DNA of 63,888 bases, counting the filler, from Pirum gemmata (taxonomy: Eukaryota): NCBI GenBank assembly GCA_002812295.1. It is 19 parts of 19 records of this genome, joined end to end, with 100 filler letters (N's around TTAATTAATTAA, not from the genome) between each part and the next. Parts side by side here need not be neighbours in the genome. Positions count along the whole stretch, not along the records: positions 61,070 to 63,888 come from PDIN01003751.1; 18 more parts are not named here. One strand, 5' to 3'. Below the pieces are notes generated by a model, which saw nothing but the letters and a program-made list of their open reading frames with translations, did not search any database and was not told the DNA's origin. Positions 63,116 through 63,888 of this stretch are shown here, piece by piece. The position numbers and the translations under genes are program-made. The first letter of the stretch is position 1. Each line of letters begins with the position of its first letter.

Positions 63116-63888
63116 CTCTACCTGGTTACTGGTATACGACTCTGGTACGTATGCATACTCAATAATAATAATAATAATAATTACTCACCTAGCTAGAGGG
63201 GCCTTCTCCAATTCTGCTCTTTTTTAAAAAAATCGAGTTTTCAAGTCTATTTATTAATTAAATAATAAGTTTGAAATTTTAAGCTTACACAATTAAGTAT
63301 TCAAATATATTTATTTATTTATAAACCGAAAAAAATGGAAAAAATAATTTTCGAACAGGGCTGAATTTCGGCTTTTTTTTTTCGACGGCAGAAACTCGAG
63401 TTTTCGGGCTCGAGCAGAATTGGGTNGTTTCTAGATTAAATAACACCATAGATTCCTCTTGAAGGAACTGGTGATCTTTGGATACAATTGAGTTCCACGA
63501 TACTACAGCATTGATTTTTTCACTAAATAATATGGATGTTTAAAAAATAAATAATAATAATAAATAATAATATAATAATAATAAATAATAATAATAAATA
63601 ATAATAATAAATAATAATTGCAAGGGCCTTTTGTATAATATAAAACCACCAATCATTTTGGAAAATCCATTTTTCTATTTTTTTCTCTACCTTAGTTTAG
63701 GCTAGCTAATTTACAAAAAGTCTTTTGTTTTTGTGAGCCCACCAATCATTTTTCAAAATCCATTTTTTTATTTTTTTATAAAATTTTTTATGATGTTTTT
63801 TATAAATTGTTATTACTGTCTTTTCCAATTTTTTCAATAATTTTTTTTTTTTTTTTTTTACGATAAACGAAAAAAAGAAGTACTTCAA

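Overview
This window is not a contiguous locus. It is a pseudo-scaffold of about 20 unrelated, mostly ~3-kb contigs joined by artificial N44-TTAATTAATTAA-N44 linkers, so gene neighbourhood only has meaning within a contig. The DNA is from a very AT-rich, microsatellite-laden eukaryote with GT-AG introns, TTAGGG repeats and the standard genetic code. The gene content is compatible with an early-diverging fungus or a unicellular holozoan/protist, but the taxon cannot be fixed from sequence alone. Secreted or GPI-anchored proteins dominate: a CotH kinase, PAN/Apple proteins, a ricin-B lectin, a small Cys-repeat protein, a 3-exon GPI protein and a 698-aa orphan. Also present are an RI/NLRC3-type LRR exon with near-identical but hypervariable 84-nt repeats, a 7-exon orphan gene whose introns are filled with telomere-like repeats, and pseudogenes (oligopeptidase B, MATH-BTB). 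Repeats include a decayed Jockey/I-like LINE, at least five MITE families, satellites and many interstitial TTAGGG arrays. The most striking item is a contig in which one 612-bp promoter+signal peptide+PAN module flanks, in inverted orientation, a segment carrying alternative C-terminal domains. This is either an inverted duplication with a domain swap or an invertible shufflon-like cassette.
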